A stretch of 63,254 nt of DNA, filler included, from Octopus bimaculoides (taxonomy: Eukaryota), in NCBI RefSeq assembly GCF_001194135.2. It is 4 parts of 4 records of this genome, joined end to end, with 100 filler letters (N's around TTAATTAATTAA, not from the genome) between each part and the next. Parts side by side here need not be neighbours in the genome. Positions count along the whole stretch, not along the records: positions 42,223 to 62,056 come from NC_068983.1; positions 62,157 to 63,254 come from NW_026429064.1; 2 more parts are not named here. One strand, written 5' to 3'. Numbering within the stretch: position 1 is the stretch's first letter; each line of letters starts with the position of its first letter. Position numbers and translations under genes: made by a program. Below, one piece after another: positions 60,105 through 63,254 of the stretch. The notes beneath the pieces are model-generated. The model was not told where the DNA came from. It saw only the letters and a list, made by a program, of their open reading frames with translations, and made no database searches.

Positions 60105-60320
60105 ATAGTGATTTCAAATTTTGGCACAAGGCCAGCAATTTCAGGGGAAGGGTTAAGACAATTATATTGACCCCAGTGCTCATCTGGTACATATTTTATC
60201 GATCCCGAGAGGCCGAAAGGCAAAATCGTTCTCGGTTGAATTTGAACTCAGAATGCAAAGACGGACGAAATGTCGCTAAGCATTTTGCCCGGCGTGCTAA
60301 CGATTCAGCCAGGTCACCGC
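60105..60320 (-). mobile_element. SINE family A
   Basis: gaatttgaactcagaatgcaaagacggacgaaatgtcgctaagcattttgcccggcgtgctaacgattc. Confidence 0.85.
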
Positions 60321-60489
60321 CCTAAAGCAGTTATTGATTGTTTGAGTTTTGTAGCTTTTTTTACTACTTGTCCATTTCACTTTATTAGATGTCCTAAGTT
60401 AACCTATTAGTTAGGATTTCACATTCTACCTTCAGTGATTAGGGTTCGAGTCTCCGTTCGAAAATATCTCTTTTTCATTTTATATGCGC

Positions 60490-61200
60490 AGGCATGGCAC
60501 AGGGTTTCTTGTTCAATAATACTGAGCGGCACCTTGAGCAAGTGTCTTCTACTCCGGCTCCAGNNNNNNNNNNNNNNNNNNNNNNNNNNNNNNNNNNNNN
60601 NNNNNNNNNNNNNNNNNNNNNNNNNNNNNNNNNNNNNNNNNNNNNNNNNNNNNNNNNNNNNNNNNNNNNNNNNNNNNNNNNNNNNNNNNNNNNNNNNNNN
60701 NNNNNNNNNNNNNNNNNNNNNNNNNNNNNNNNNNNNNNNNNNNNNNNNNNNNNNNNNNNNNNNNNNNNNNNNNNNNNNNNNNNNNNNNNNNNNNNNNNNN
60801 NNNNNNNNNNNNNNNNNNNNNNNNNNNNNNNNNNNNNNNNNNNNNNNNNNNNNNNNNNNNNNNNNNNNNNNNNNNNNNNNNNNNNNNNNNNNNNNNNNNN
60901 NNNNNNNNNNNNNNNNNNNNNNNNNNNNNNNNNNNNNNNNNNNNNNNNNNNNNNNNNNNNNNNNNNNNNNNNNNNNNNNNNNNNNNNNNNNNNNNNNNNN
61001 NNNNNNNNNNNNNNNNNNNNNNNNNNNNNNNNNNNNNNNNNNNNNNNNNNNNNNNNNNNNNNGTTCGGCAAAAGAAGCCGAGGAATAAGTACTAGGCTTA
61101 AAAAATTAAATAGTGGAGGCGATTTCTTGGGCCAAACCCTTCAAGACGATGCCCTAGTAAGACTGCAGTCCAATGACTGGAACCCGTAAAAGAATAAACG
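60490..61200 (+). mobile_element. SINE family C head and tail separated by an N gap
   Basis: Head ggcaccttgagcaagtgtcttctact (60528); tail ggttcggcaaaagaagccgaggaataagtactaggctt...gcagtccaatgactg (61063-61190). Confidence 0.65.
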
Positions 61201-61767
61201 AAAGAGGTTTTTGATAGTCATGTAGCAAATATTTTATATTCTTTTCTTTTAATTTGCTGGAGGCCTCTACGTCGTTATATCCGTAGTAAATACAGTTTTT
61301 TAGGTGTCCCATTTTCGGTATTATATTGTAAATGTGGTCATTAATTTTCTAGTTTTCCTGTCTGGTCTTTGTAATTTAGTTAGCACCTACTTGATAATAT
61401 TATAACGCTAACTTGTTAGTGAAACAGCCAGACGTTTGATGTTATTACATTATTTCTTTTTTACATTTAGATTATTTTATGAGTATAAATTTAATGCGTC
61501 TTCAATAGTCCTTCCTTCTCTTTCTGTGCTCTACTCTGCCTAGTTCATTAATTTATAAGTATTTGTTTAGTCTGTATATCGTGTCATTCTCTTCATTTTT
61601 TCATCTAGTAAAACTTTTTTCTAGGAAACTTTTCCAATAATTCTTTGAGAGAGTTTTCAAAGCCAAATTTAAGACAGTTCGAAACAAAGAAGGCTACATT
61701 GAAAAATATGGCCAAATATGTTTCTAACGAGACTGTTGGAACGTCATTGATCATAAGTTTGCTGTAG

Positions 61768-62056
61768 TAGGCACTCCGTCGCTTACGACGTCGAGGGTTC
61801 CAGTTGATCCGATCAACGGAACAGCCTGCTCGTGAAATTAACGTGCAAGTGGCTGAGCACTCCACACACACGTGTACCCTTAACGTAGTTCTCGGGGATA
61901 TTCAGCGTGACACCGTGTGACAAGGCTGACCCTTTGATTTACAGGCACAACAGAAACAGGAAGTAAGAGTGAGAGAAAGTTGGGGTGAAAGAGTACAGCA
62001 GGGTTCGCCACCATCCCCTGCCAGAGCCTCGTGGAGCTTTAGGTGGTTTCGCTCAA
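61768..62056 (-). mobile_element. SINE family B, cut by a linker
   Basis: Matches 55411-55700. Confidence 0.9.
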
Positions 62057-62156
62057 NNNNNNNNNNNNNNNNNNNNNNNNNNNNNNNNNNNNNNNNNNNN
62101 TTAATTAATTAANNNNNNNNNNNNNNNNNNNNNNNNNNNNNNNNNNNNNNNNNNNN
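62057..62156. other. Artificial scaffold linker
   Basis: 44 N + TTAATTAATTAA + 44 N. Confidence 0.95.
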
Positions 62157-62201
<45 letters not shown>

Positions 62202-62404
62202 CACTCTATAGATAAGACTGTTGGAAAAGAAAAGAATCTCGACATCTGTCTACATTGTGTACATATAAATGCCAAGAAATTTCCTATTGGGTAACAGCAA
62301 GTAAACTGAGATGCGAAGAACATTGCTAACTATCCTAGCTGTCCCTAATAACACTGTTTTCTGCACCTATAATAAACTGAGTTTTATGCCTATTTACAGT
62401 AAGG

Positions 62405-62580
62405 CGTCTCGCCGGCAGAATCGTTAGCACACTGGACCAAATGCCTAGCGGTATTTCGCTCTTCACTACGTTCTGGGTTCAAATTCCGCCCAGGTAGACC
62501 ATGCCTTTCATTCTTTTGGAGTCGATAAGTAAAGTACTAGTGAAAGACTGCAGTCGATGTAAATGACTTATCCCCTCTCA
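62405..62580 (+). mobile_element. SINE family A
   Basis: ccggcagaatcgttagcacactggaccaaatgcctagcggtatttcg...gggttcaaattccgcc. Confidence 0.85.
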
Positions 62581-63223
62581 CGAAATTTTTGCACGTATGG
62601 AAAAAATAATCTTGATACCGATATTATTATGTTTATTATTATTATTATTATTAATAGTAGTAGTAGTAGTAGTAGTAGTAGCAACAGCAGTATTATTATT
62701 ATTATTATTATTATAGCAGTTCTCGTTGTTTTATTTACTTACCAGGACAAAACTACGCGACCCCAAACACTACCACCTCCAGCAAAACCAGCTCCATAGT
62801 TGCAACACCCCACCTCATCATCAAGTTCGCCACCTCTCCAACAACCACAAAAAGACAAAAAGAAAATCACAATAATATTTATGCAAGTAATAATCTATTT
62901 TTTACGAACGTTTCAATCAGAATTCACCAACATCTCGTCTCACTTGATATATTTCAAGATGCCATACATTTCGACCAATAAAATATAGTATAAATGTCAC
63001 ACTATCTAAGGTTGATTCACACACATCGTTCCAGAGGGCTTCCATCAAGACTAGAAATCAACAAAGTATTTTTTTTATTATTATTATTTTAAATTTCCTC
63101 TTGACAAGTAGTATAAATTACAAAATGAATGTAGATATGTGTATGTCTATATGTCTATATGTATGTGTATCTTTCTCTGTCTCCCTGTCTCTCTGTCTCT
63201 CTCTTTCTCTCTGTATATACATG

Positions 63224-63254
<31 letters not shown>

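Overview
Repeat-saturated eukaryotic genomic DNA. It is most likely an octopus/coleoid cephalopod draft assembly; this is inferred from tRNA-derived SINE families, RTE LINEs with (GAT)n tails and extreme (TA)n/(CA)n/(TAGA)n density, not proven. About 10 kb (~16%, hand tally) is N. No intact protein-coding gene is recognisable: all long ORFs in the track are N-runs or microsatellite translations. Three exact 100-nt linkers (44 N + TTAATTAATTAA + 44 N) split the window into four joined segments (1-28590, 28691-42122, 42223-62056, 62157-63254), so adjacency across them is uncertain. Recognisable content: a near full-length decayed Tc1-type transposon with DD36E spacing, mariner fragments and MITEs, RTE LINE pieces (APE, RT C-terminus with a PHD-like Cys cluster, 3' tails), an L1/Tx1-type 3' end, three Penelope-like GIY-YIG fragments, and more than 30 SINE copies or fragments in about four modular families. 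Most interesting signals: (i) a minimal hammerhead ribozyme in the inverted terminal repeat of a Penelope-like insertion (~52.0 kb); (ii) an HDV-like ribozyme candidate in an unclassified 440-bp element (~23.1 kb); (iii) several long fold-back palindromes (6.8-8.35, 28.0-28.6 and 49.6-49.9 kb), two with a CTGANGAA hammerhead-like half-core near the centre; (iv) a ~10-kb CpG-depleted domain (32-41.8 kb) suggesting a methylated gene body whose exons I cannot identify.
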